Source of the DNA: Hydrurus foetidus | Taxonomy: Eukaryota | DNA length: 64,000 nucleotides | Direction of reading: 5' to 3' | Assembly (NCBI GenBank): GCA_900617105.1 | Contig: UYFQ01000444.1 | Location: forward strand, 1-64,000 | In this document: positions 1-12,015 of the stretch, one piece after another | How the letters are laid out: the number at the start of each line of letters is the position of its first letter | How positions within the stretch are numbered: position 1 is the stretch's first letter | Made by a program: the position numbers and the translations under genes | The notes under the pieces: generated by a model | Told to the model about the DNA's origin: nothing | The model's database searches: none | Seen by the model: the letters and a program-made list of their open reading frames with translations, nothing else

Positions 1-426
1 CACGCACACGTCCTTTCTATTCATACTTCAAAGAGAATATTCCTACATTTTTGTATGCTGAGGACACCAGCTCTGCTTAATCTCTGTTTATATCCTCCCT
101 CTCCCTTTTCCGCTCACGGGCTGACAGATGAGACCTATCTAATCTTGAACGGCTTGACTACCTGCTCATACTTATATTCTGTATTCTGTATTGCGTCACT
201 TACCTTTATTGTTCAAATCCGTCACACCTCTGCACTTGCAGTTTCTAAATGACGTAAATATATTCCTTATTATTAGACCTAACTTATCCCCCTTTCCCAT
301 ACTGCACTTCACCCAACTCATTCTCCTCGACTGTTCCTCCCCCTTCCGTCCATACCTTCCTTACGCTATCTATATCCCTTCCTTCGACCTCTCTTGTATG
401 CCCTCTTTTGCACTCCCCTCGTACAG

Positions 427-2489
427 GTGTTTCTACATCAATTAGGACTAGACAAGCCCTTCACTGGTGGTATCGGATCTTACAAACTGTACGTCATGGT
501 GGCTTTCTTGTTGGATCAGCAGAAGGAACAAATAAAGTCCATGAGAGAAACGTCATCAAACTCTTCCTCCTCATCTTCTTCCTCCTCCTCTTCGTCTTCC
601 TCCTCAAATAACTCCAATTCCACTGGAAAAAGCCCGAAAAAAGACAAAAAAGGTGTCACCAAGTTTACCCACGTCAACGAGAAGAGTCAGCAAGAAAAAG
701 AAATCGATAACGAGACTAATCACATAGATCTTGGTTATTTGTTGGTTGCATTTTTTCATCATTATGGAAGCCCTTACCACCTTAACTCTAACACCATTGT
801 GAGATTGAAGATACCCGCCTTCACTCCATCCGGTCATAAGCAACTCAACCCAGGTACTCAAAGAGAGATGCTTATTCTTCCTCTCCATTGAAGACTTCAA
901 TTCCACGCAAAAACATTCTGCTCTTCTCTCTACTACTTCATCTATCATCATTTCTAGTTCGCCATTTGACTCGATTTTGCAGAGCCTTGTCCTATTCTTA
1001 TGCTTTTATGGTTCGACATCGCTACACTTTGTGTACTATGTTTGATGAAGCTATTTTTTGTTGAAATCCCTCCCCACCCCCTAACCCTATCCCACACACA
1101 CTTTCCCTCCCTTCCTCCCTCTCCCCCCAAACTCTCTTCTCCTTCCTGCCATGCACATGCAATTCCGTTCCCTCTCTCCCTCCCTCCATCCCTATCTCAT
1201 CCCCCACAAACGCACTCAAGACAGACATTCTCTTACTGCCTTGTAATCTCTCCCAATCACCTTAGACGGTCGCTGTGAAATATTGGAAGCAGAAGCAGAC
1301 TTCACAAAGAGCATGCAGGCGAGTATCTCCTTCCCTGATACTTGCCTCATTCCTTATTCCTCCTAATCTCTTCCTCTCCCTCGCTCTCTTTCCTTTCCTC
1401 GCTATACTCCTTTCTCTCTCTCTCTCTCTCACTCTATCTTTATTTCTCTCACTCCCTCATGTAAATATTTACTTCTCACGCTCTTTTTACTTATCTCTTC
1501 CTTTCTCTCCATTTCTGCCTCTCGTCCTATTCAATAAAAATTCTATGAACCACAAATGTGGCTAACGTAAACAATCCTAACTATGCATGATACAGATATT
1601 AGCGTGCCAGAAGGTTTTCCAAGCCGCACACACTGTTTTACTGGAAGACTTGAAGAGCTGTGAGCCCACCTTTGGGGGAGCGAAAGGCAAGAACAAGGGG
1701 AACGTACGTACGTTAAAATGGCTGCAGCCGCAGTACAACTCAACTAGCAGGTATGACTAAGTGAACATGAGGAAGTACGTGTGTGTCTTTATCAAGTATG
1801 TAAGTTCGGTCACAGCCATTGAAGAATTTTGTAATCTGAACAACTTCAACTTCAACTTACACCACACAGTTCTGCAGTGGATAATGCGAAGTACTCGAGA
1901 AGTTTCCTGGGAAGATTATTGGACACGGAGAAATTGCAGAGGTATTCCTGCAGCTTTTAATGTGCACTAAACACGTATATGTCTCCATCATCCCTCTTTC
2001 TTCACTACCTTTCCTAAACCAGCCTATTCTTTCCAAATTTTGAAATCCTTTTTATCTATCTAACTCCTATCTCCTCCCTCCTTTCTCTTTTCCTATCGTA
2101 CCTATCTTATTCCATTCCCCCATTCCCCAAAGAGATCGATCCGCACACAACAACAAGTGTTCCGCACACCCACTGCTCAGCCGGGCTGACCGTGAAGACA
2201 CGGCCAAAGCACTCCTGCACGAGCTTAACGGACGGCTGAACAACAAGGCTAGAGAGGTACTATACGATTGTGCCTTTATAGCATTGCCCTGAGTTATGTA
2301 GCACATCAGTGGTGTGCACAGCTGACACTTGTATGACCAGTCAGTCAGTCATAGCTTGTTCTGTGTTTGACCAGTTTAAAAGTACTGTTGTGTAACAAGT
2401 GGGGAGCACTTCAAACCATCTACTGCATTGTCTCTCTTACTCTCTCAATCTCTCTCTCTCATAACCACTCTTCTTTTTTTTCTCTCTCA

Positions 2490-2552
<63 letters not shown>

Positions 2553-3976
2553 CAATTCCTCTTGCTTCCCCCAACAATTATCTCTAATATGTATCCCTAT
2601 AGGTCTCGATGAGTGACCTGCAAAAAGCCAACCCTTCCCTAGCATGCAGACTAAGATCCTTCGACTCGGTGCATTCAGCTATCAGACAAATGAAGGTCGC
2701 TGATAACGATTACGACAGCCGCATGGGGGACTTTGTTCGCAATCCTAGAGGCGGGGTACAAGGGGCCAGTATCGGTGGGTTTATGAACAGATACAGAAGA
2801 CTTTCCGACGCGCAACAAAGTTCAGGACAAGGACAGGGTTACATTGAGAGTAATGTTGCTCTGGACAGAAGAGTAAGTGTATCCAGCAGTGGCAGCAAAC
2901 GTACACGTGGAGGCCAGCCAGGCTTTTGCTTGGATGATGACGCAGGTCCAGGGTACTCCACCGCCACAACTTCAACTAGCGGATTTTCCTTCAGTGCCGG
3001 CCTCAGATCCAGAGAAATGGAAAATTCCGCTGAGAGAGGAAGTGCGTCACATCAGCCCAATCCTAACAGAGGAAATAATGAGTACAGAGTGTATAAGGGA
3101 GAAGACGGTGATGGTGGCGTCGATGAATTTAGAGGGGAGTCTCAACGTGATAATGATAATGACGATGGCAAGGTGGATCGGTATCCCCCTGGGGTGGTTG
3201 GAAAGGAAATGATGATACATCCAGTGCATAATAATAACAATAAGAATAAGGGTAAATCGAACAACCCGAGTAACAATAACACTGAATATACTGATGACGA
3301 TGTCAGAGGAAGTGCCCGAAGAGATTCTCGTAAGAGACAGAGAGATGAATGCACAAACTGGGAGAAAATGGATTCTGATAGATGGTCACATCACGATAAT
3401 CCATTTAAATCAGTCAAAAATGGCAGAAATTCGTTAGGAGGGGGAATCGGAAATAACAGCAATAATACTAGCAGTAGCAGCAAAATTAATCAGCAGAAGG
3501 CTAATACGCATGCCCATAAAATAAAATTAATAGATTTGACGAAGAGTAATGCGGACAACAGTAATAACAGTGATAATACACAAAAGATGGGTAAAAATAA
3601 ACAAATCGATAGAAGAAAACGAACAGCTGAATTCATTAAAGATGTTAATAGAAGCAAAGATGTCCACAATGCTGATGTTCGTAAATACAACAACAAAAAC
3701 AGGAGAAATGATAATATAAATAGAAACAATAGTAACTTGCCAACTAGCACTTTTAACAATGCGAGAGCCGCAGTACTATCCGATACTCACCTACAGCAAA
3801 ATAATAATAACAATAATGGCAATGACAACAATAAGAACAGCAATAAAAACAAGAATAAAAACAACAGAATGAGCGGAGGATCGGCGTCCGGATCAAATCA
3901 AATTAATATACCTAAAAGCGGAAATTCCGATAGGAACAATGGAAGCAGTAAATATACCAACAGTAATAACAATCAT

Positions 3977-4009
<33 letters not shown>

Positions 4010-4165
4010 ATTTCCGATGTCAGTAGAGGAGGGAACAGAAATGATAATAGAAACAGCAGCAGCAGAAATAATGGCATTATTGCAGCTAATAGAAGTCCAC
4101 AAAATGGTAGTAACAAAAAATCAAAAACCGTGTCCAGGGAGCAATTTACCGTTACATTGGACTAG
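427..4165 (+). CDS. Non-canonical poly(A) polymerase, Trf4/PAPD5/TENT4-like; 5' exons lie upstream of the window; long Asn/Ser-rich C-terminal tail
   Basis: Exon 427-853 has FLHQLGLDKPFTGGIGSYKL and DLGYLLVAFFHHYG, matching Trf4-family motifs. Phase-consistent exons follow at 1266-1318, ~1596-1703 (KVFQAAHTVL), ~1871-1941 (SFLGRLL), ~2131-2257 and 2603-4165. Confidence 0.8.
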
Positions 4166-5380
4166 ACCGATATTGATAGCCGACATTAGAACAAGATGAA
4201 TTTGCTGTGACCGAATGCATACTCTTGTGTTACAGATGACTGCTGCAATGTTGTGTGTCTGTAAAGTGTTACACTCTGTATGCTGTACTAAAGTGTTACA
4301 CTTTCCATGCTGTACCAAAGATCTCAATGCAAATATTGTAAATTATGATTGTCTCTGCCCATTCGAAATTCATCTTAGCAACAACAACCTTCTGAAAATA
4401 TAGTGAAACTAACGACTTCTGGACAAAAGTGGTGCTGAAAAATAGTCAGGGACCATCACCTGGCTGGGTACGGTAGGATTCATTGTTTAGTCTCGTTCGG
4501 TCGTATCAACAATTGAATGCAATGCTCTTCCCCTCACCCATCCCTAGCTTGCGCCAAGAATTGCGTGTCAAATGACGACAGCGTAACTTCCGGCCCTAAT
4601 GTGGCGGATTCCGTCCCTCTTCGCATCCCAACTTCTTGCGTATGATATCGCAATCGAATTTTTCGAATTTTTTTCGTACGAATTTTTGGGCATCCTCTTG
4701 AAGAACAACTGTACTGTAGCGTATCCTGATTTTTTTGGGATCCTACTTCAACAAGGAGTTCCGGCATCGAAAAAACGGAAGCTGCTGTGCCGCACATTAC
4801 CCCAAAAAGGACCCCTTTCTCGAGGGAAGAATCGTCATCTCGTTTTTGTTTCCGACTTCTCTCTTCAGAATTTTAAGGTGGGTACTCTTTTTCGGATGGG
4901 GAAGAATGCATACCAACACAAACTTATCTCGAAAACGCCTTTCAAATGGAATCATGGGACGCGTACAACAGATTTGAGGGATGGGTTAAACGGCCTTATC
5001 CGGAAAATTTTGTTTTTAATGAGATACTGTTGTCGTAGTGATGACCACGATTAATAATCATCCATGTATCCCGGAGAAGAACACGATATTCTCAGATGCC
5101 AGTGCCGGTAAAAGTGCCCTTTCGACGCGATATATTTTGAGCGTAGTAAATATGTATATTTTATTATTTACACTCACAGGTTGCGTATATTTGATATATG
5201 TAAAAATGCAAAGAAATCGCAAAAGTAGTGTAATTCTCCGTGTGCTTCACACCATGAGGCAGTGATGTGAAATGTAAAGTCGGCGAGCCACATTACGGGT
5301 CGCTACTACTGTAGAATCTTATGGAGTGCGCATTTAATTGTACAGTATGCAAAGGAACGTATAAGAGGTAAGTGATACAC

Positions 5381-6658
5381 TTATAAACGAATGATTTCGG
5401 CTTCTCCCGAAGAAACAAAACTGGCAGGTGGAAGACAACACTGTCGCCCTCAGCAAGGGCACCAGCTCATACTCGAGCTTGAACAACAATAGGAGGGAAC
5501 TTTACGTAAGAAGCGTTGACAGCGATAATCGCCTTACTTTCGTTATTGCAACTCGGCAACCACATGTCACCTTCGTCTAAGTACACGATGTAGTCTTCCG
5601 AATCTCTGTCGACGCTTTCTATTGAATGATTCTCGATAGAATCAGTTTTAAGCAGGGACTTCTCGTATTCCATACATTGTATTTCGTATTCATCGCCTGT
5701 ACAGAAGAGTGGATACACTCTTGCGCTTGGAAGATCATCCACAGCGTCTTGAACACTGTATATGAGATCATTCACGGCCTTTATGATAGTTCCCAATTCT
5801 TGACAGGCCGTGGAACTAAAATTAATTCCTGTCGGAAAGTTTTTGTCACTGTAGCCACTAGTAAGTGTGAACATACTTTCTTCCCTCATCCGACCGTCAG
5901 GATCTTTTCGCCTCTCGAGAACTACTCCGAAGTATGTGCAGTCTTTGTAAAGCTTACGGTGTTCTTTTCCGCGAAAAGGTTTCGAGCGGTGTATCATGTC
6001 TATCCGACCTGTAGTTCCGATTACAATTTGTCATCGATGAGTGATGCGTTGGGAAGCACGAGAGACTGTTGATAAAATGTTGGGAAACGTACCGGTGATG
6101 GGATTTTTCGAAAAAAAGTAGCCATGCGCCTCCGCTCGATATGACACCGCTTCGCATAGGAGAGGCCAGTATGGCACACAAAGGACCGCGGCGATGGAGA
6201 GGGCAGTACCAGGTGCGGGCGGTTCGATAATTATTGAGATCTTAGCCTCCGTGGCAGACTGGTCGGTGTAGCAGACGTTGACGTCATTGAAAGGATTCCA
6301 TCCAGATGATGTTACTCCCATGTCGTCATTCTCACCCCATCGTAAATGTGTTGTCGCACTGGTGATAACTTCTCTCGATATTTTTTGCTTTTTCATGATG
6401 ACCTTTCCTGGGGTAGCGTTCCGGACATTCGGCAGTACACCAACTTGTAGAGGCATACTTCTGGAGTTGGGGAATCTAAAGCCCACGATGCGAGAGTCAC
6501 AAGTCTGAAGCTTGGTCAACTGTTTGGTCCTATAGAGTGTTCCAATTGAGACTCTTGAATGTTTGAAACTGCATCCTGTTGCTGTTCAGGAGGGTTAACG
6601 ACAAACACTTCTTCGATTTTTTGGAGTGCGTCCCACAAAAAATCCGTGAATTTTTGCA
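5381..6658 (-). pseudogene. Stop-interrupted ORF of unknown family
   Basis: ORFs 6519-6031 and 5997-5467 share a frame and are separated by one TGA (THR*QIVIGTTGRIDM). The frame continues past a second TGA (ARV*AGALAEGDSVVFHLP). An upstream MQKFTDF start lies in another frame. Confidence 0.4.
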
Positions 6659-7766
6659 TTTGAAGTGTGCCTAACTTTTTCCTAGTGCGGGAATCAAGAT
6701 TTTTGTGGTTCCCAACGCAGATTCCTGGCTTCGTTCTACGACTTGAAGTTCAGCAATTTGGCAGTTTTACAAATTTTTACGGAAATACTACGATTTTAGT
6801 GGCATTTTTTGGGGGGAGTGAAAAAAGAAAAAGAAGTTTTCTTGTTCCGTTTAGTTTCAGGGTTCAGGGGTACCAGAAATGACGTGGAGCTTTTCCGATT
6901 CTGAGTGCGTACCATTGTAATAACAGTTCAAGTTATAGAAGAACTTGAGGTGGCTACAGTCGCAATTCATCGCTCGTTGCGGTTGTGATCTGCTCTCCTC
7001 ATCCACTTCAGTGATTTAATGAGCTTGGTCGTCAGGCCCGAAATCTTCTCATCTCAGAAATGCTCTGATAGGTTGACGTAATTCAAGATAAATTTAACAG
7101 CTGCTCTAACTTTCAGTGTTTTCGCCAACAAAATGCTTTGCCGAGGAATTCGAGGGAATTAATTGATTCAGAGCGAGTTTCAGATATCCACCAGGAAAAT
7201 TAAGAAATGTAAATCCCAAATGAGAATTCCAAAATATTTTTGCCATCTCTCCAGTGCAAGAGCGACGTAAGTGACGCTTAAAAAAATCAATCTCCTGATT
7301 ATGCAAAACTTTTAAGATAAGATGATGCGGGACGCTACGGAGTAAACCGTAGACTAGATATATGAGAAACGAAACGATTTCAAGATATAGATCCTCCATC
7401 AAGCACACGACCGGAAATAACGATGTGCGCGGAAACAAAGCATTTTGCCCAATTGAATCGTTATCTATGTCCGCATTCGATGGGCGCGTTTCTAATGGGG
7501 AATGCATTTACTTCTAATTTCTCATTTAAGGAGTCTGCGAGAAAAATCTTGGGTCGTAAAAAGTGTCTTCTTTTATCATCGCTTACCTGCGGGATCATCA
7601 GGAACGGAATTCATGATGGCTTCGAGACTCATCACTACTGCGAACGTTCAAAGATTCTCTTTGCTGGTGTACTTCAACCCCCGTAAAACAGGAAGAGATG
7701 TTCGTATATTATACCGCATCTCCGGGATACTCGGTATAATAAGACTCGTTTTTAAAGTAACATCGA

Positions 7767-8195
7767 CTGGGCGGCGCAGTGTTGTCTAGAATTAGCACGT
7801 CATGCCCAAAACCGTCAAGGGGGGGGGCAAACACGAAACTAATAACGTTTTACGAAACTTCAGGAGTACCGTAAAATACGGATTTAACTCAGTTTCCGTA
7901 CACAAAATCAGTTAGAAATGTCATGAAAAACTTTTCGGTAAATCGGCAAAAAATATTCGGTAAAATAACTAGACCCCCAACCGGTTTTACGAAAACCGTT
8001 TTCGAAAACCGTATTCGTATCACTAGTTCCGTACTTATATTCCGTAATATCACTATTTCCGTAATTACATTCCGTAAAACCTGTTTAAAATGACGGATTT
8101 AATCTAATATCCGTGAAATTCGTCCTTTGCTATAAGTTTTGCGGTTTGTCCGAGGGGGGGTACGTGCTAGTTCTAGACAACACTGCGCCGCCCTG
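7767..8195. mobile_element. MITE with ~32-bp terminal inverted repeats, hAT-like
   Basis: GGGCGGCGCAGTGTTGTCTAGAATTAGCACGT (7769-7800) matches the reverse complement of 8162-8193 with 1 mismatch. The interior is rich in TTCCGTA/TACGG motifs. No target-site duplication found. Confidence 0.75.
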
Positions 8196-8210
8196 TTGAC
8201 AGGCACACCT

Positions 8211-8455
8211 TATTACCAGAGCAGAATAAAATGTACCCTTTTCTTTGAAAAACTCAGATGGAGTGATGATAAATCGATCACCCCACACGGCCCCACCCAT
8301 ACCATACTAAAAAATACAAAAACCGAGGAACGTTCGCCATTTTTTGCTTTTTTATTTTTTAGTATGGTGTGGGGCAGTGTGGGGTGCTTATTATCATCAC
8401 TCCATTTGAGTTTTTTCCCACCGAAAAGTGGACACTTTATTCTGCTCTGGTAATA
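8211..8455. mobile_element. Foldback MITE, TA-flanked (Tc1/mariner-type), copy 1
   Basis: Near-complete palindrome TA|TTACCAGAGCAGAATAAA...TTTATTCTGCTCTGGTAA|TA; a second copy lies at 52328-52553. Confidence 0.85.
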
Positions 8456-9684
8456 CACAAACTTTGATTTTAAAGGGTGAGGTTCAAATTATTTTACGCC
8501 CTGGATGGCATCAGGAAGCAGCAGTAGCGGCAGCAGCGTCTTCAGAAATGGAAAAATGGGCCCTAGTGGACCGCAAGAAACGACACGATTGCTGCTTGAC
8601 AGTGCTAGGATAGCCCATGAAACTGAAGAGATAGGTAGAATCGGCGAAATGGACGATTATCTTCCACTGTAGATATCGAGAATGGTTGCGCCTACCTCAT
8701 CTTTCTTTGTTTTGTTCTTCCACCCACATTGGAATCACTGAGATTTAATTTTGCTCACAACAGGTGGAAGAACTTTCCAGGAAATGAGAAATCAGAGAGA
8801 GAATCTGGAAGATATTGGGGACCATGTATGTATTGCAGCTTTCCCTCTATTTTCTTTCCAAAATCGACGACGCTTTCATTCATGCTTCAGCTACTGATTC
8901 ATGACTTCTTTAAATTTTATATCAGCTCGGTGGCATGAAGCAAATCGCACTGACTGCGAAAGCAAGCATCAGGCATCTTCATGAAAAGATTTTCATGAAG
9001 AAAATTTTTCTTTGGGCAATTATTCTAACGCTGCTGACAGCCAATATAGCGATAATCCTCACTCTAATCGAAAATCATGGGAAACTATTTCTTCGAAGCA
9101 AGTAAACTTCATAAAACCCGACGCACTCTGGAGCGCTATATTTATACATGTGTTCGCCCTGCACCTTCATATATCGAAGATTTTCCACATGTTGTATTGT
9201 ATTGCAACCACATTCACGAAAATAGGACTTTTAAGGTCATCGTATTTGTTGGCTTTTTACTTGTTGCATTTTCCTACCTGTTCTGCGACTGTTTCTTTTT
9301 GTTCGAAATGGCCAGTCGAATTTGTTTTACATTGTTGCATAATTGAATGAGAACTTTTTTTAGTATGTGGTTTCACTACCGACCGTCACACCAACTGGTA
9401 ATTTCGACTCGCAACTGTGTTGTTGCAAAGATACTCAATACAACAACAGAAGTCGCGTCAGACTCGATGTGTATCAAGAAATGCATGTAATGCACACTTT
9501 TAAGTTCTGCGCGAATTCTGCAAAGTTCTTCAAGTCCTTTTCTATCGATCCGACCGAGCAGATGTGATGCTGAAAACTGACGAAAGTGAAGCGACATCAT
9601 CCTTCTCTAACTTGACGAAGCCGCAGTGGATTAAATCTTGAGGAGTCTGAACAGGTGAAAGTTAATTCCCATCAAAAATTGCCT

Positions 9685-10230
9685 CTACTTGACATCGATT
9701 ACTTTGAGAACTTCTTTGAAAGCCACTATTCCTCGTTGTACTTGTATTCTTGAGTTTCCGATGTAGTCTTCGCCACCGCCACCATTGCCATATCCGGAGA
9801 AAACACTACTGTACGCTAAGAAATCTGCTTGATTGAGGGCCTCCAAGAGCTCGTTAGATGGACCATCGAATGCGCTCAAATCAAGATCCTCAACATTTGC
9901 CTTTGCAAACTTGTTCACAAAGATAGGAAAGCTGCACAAAGGACTCGAGCAAGGATCCGAGTAGACAGTTCCCAACACTCGACGAATGTTGTCGCCACTG
10001 TCTTTCACGACGGTATCCCAATTTTCGTCCAATTCCTTTAAATTTTCATAGCCCTTTTTAAATCGGGATATACTGTCTTGATCAATACTGGCTTTTGAAA
10101 ATTCTGGTGTTGAAGTGAATAAGCCAAAACTACAGCCGGCACTTCCCAAAATACGCGCGACCACACGGGGAGTCAGCTCGAAACCGAGTGAAGTCAGTAA
10201 GAAACTCGAGAAAACGAATGCCACTCGCAT
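9685..10230 (-). CDS. Putative plastid (possibly thylakoid-lumen) protein, single exon, 181 aa
   Basis: Signal peptide ending SLG-F followed by a transit-like segment; globular body (NWD..GDNIRRVLGTV..SPL, ADFLAYSSVF). Family not firmly identified. Confidence 0.65.
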   Translation of the reverse strand: MRVAFVFSSFLLTSLGFELTPRVVARILGSAGCSFGLFTSTPEFSKASIDQDSISRFKKGYENLKELDENWDTVVKDSGDNIRRVLGTVYSDPCSSPLCSFPIFVNKFAKANVEDLDLSAFDGPSNELLEALNQADFLAYSSVFSGYGNGGGGEDYIGNSRIQVQRGIVAFKEVLKVIDVK

Positions 10231-10932
10231 CGCAGCGGATATGTTCGGATAATGTTTCAGTTTCCAATGACTTTACAACTCATCCAACGCAGATGGGGAG
10301 TTCTCAAGGATTAAATGTTAAAAATGAGACGAAGTGAGACACTTGCATCATCAATAAGAGGTTTGATTGTTGAGCTTTTGTCCGCTGGTGGGGAGGGTAC
10401 AGCCGGTTCGTACGTACATCACCCCTGTATGGTGGTACCTACCTACCTACACCTGTACTTTAGGAATGATAAACAATGTTCTTTATCGTTTTTAGATTGT
10501 TCATGAATCTCTTGCATTTTGAGGAGATGAGAGTTAACCTAAAGCCACAAGTAGCCGTGGTACCGTCCTCTATCCCAATCAAAGATAACGAATGAGATTT
10601 CATGAGGAACACCTCATAGATTGCTTTGTATCGCGATAGTCACATTAAGAGATCGTGCATTGTGGAGAAATCTTCAATTGCTTTGCAAGTTGCGGTAATT
10701 GAGTGTGTTCTTCAGCAAATTTCGTTCTAATTCACTCAAATTCAAACCCATGTCGGGTAGAATAAGCGCCGAAATGAGATCAAAACACCGGAAACCGGAA
10801 AGATAGTGGCTGGATAACCGGATGCATCCCTCTCTGTTCCCTGTCCAACTCAACTCCGAACATGTCGATATTATGTTGCTCTGTGATGAATGTCTGCCTT
10901 GCAGCCTCTCATAAAGTTATAAATACAAAGTC

Positions 10933-11984
10933 ATGAAGCGATCTTCTTGCTCTGCTATGAAGGCACTCTCGAACCTATCGTTCGTACGATCTACGCATTT
11001 GGCGACTTTTCCGATGTCACTCGCTGTCAGCAGCACATATTTACCTTCAATGCTGACAGCACAGCGGTTCAGATCAACCAATAATATACCGAAGATAGGA
11101 AATAAGAGGCAGGTTGTTCACGGATTCAATGCTAGAAATAAAGAATACGAGGGCGTTGAAGACCTTAGGCCTATCGAGGAAATCGCTGCTGGCATTGATA
11201 CAACCTTGACTCCAGCTCAACGCGTGTATGTGGACATGCTGAAAAAGAAAATCAGTGGCGGTCCGAAATCACAAAAAATAAGATGTACGTAGTCGTATCT
11301 GCAGATATTGCTGCTTGAGTGGTCGCGGTCTAATAATCATCATGATCGAGTGAACTCGTCATGGCGATTTGCCGAATACTGGGGTTTCAATTCCCTCTGT
11401 TTATCTAGCATAGTTGATAAATCAGAATTTTCCAGTAATCAAACCTGCAACCTTGGCAATCCGATGCCAGGAGCAGTGAGCTCTTTGCATGGATGTGTCG
11501 TGCCCTCTCCAAATGTAGTATTAATAGCTCCTCACGATAAATCTAACGCCCAACTCTCAACTCGTCATCCTCAGCACCGTACAGAGATATTGCAACTGTT
11601 GATAACATAGTGGAATCGGTCAATTTATTTCCAAAGGTTCGTCTGTGTCTGCAAACACTCATCAATATCGCCACATTTGTCGTGATGTGGGTTACTACTT
11701 TTGAAGATACATTAAAAACTCGCTGTGTTGCGATCTAGATTTATTGCTCGAAATAGATAGCCAATTTTTACGTTACAGCAAAAGTCGCCGTAGAATAGGG
11801 AGTGAGATCACAGCGAACTTGTCATTTTCATACCTCCTCAAAAACAGAAAAATAGAGTGACGTCAGTCATCAGTGATCTACTGGACCTGCACTATTCTCT
11901 CGCAACTGCGATCAACATACCAACAATCTATTTATTTACTCTATGTCTCTCTTTTGGTCTTATTATTTCTCTCTCGCTTTCTTC

Positions 11985-12015
<31 letters not shown>

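Noticed and set aside
6851..6872. Telomere-like TTCAGGG repeats
   Set aside because: Only two units.
7106..7507. ORF with F-box-like DLYLEIVSFL
   Set aside because: Motif too short, no supporting structure, and surrounding frames are broken.
8139..8458. Similar ORFs on both strands
   Set aside because: Consequence of the palindromic MITE.
8977..9000. Perfect 11-bp hairpin CTTCATGAAAA-GA-TTTTCATGAAG
   Set aside because: Isolated and AT-rich, with no context suggesting function.
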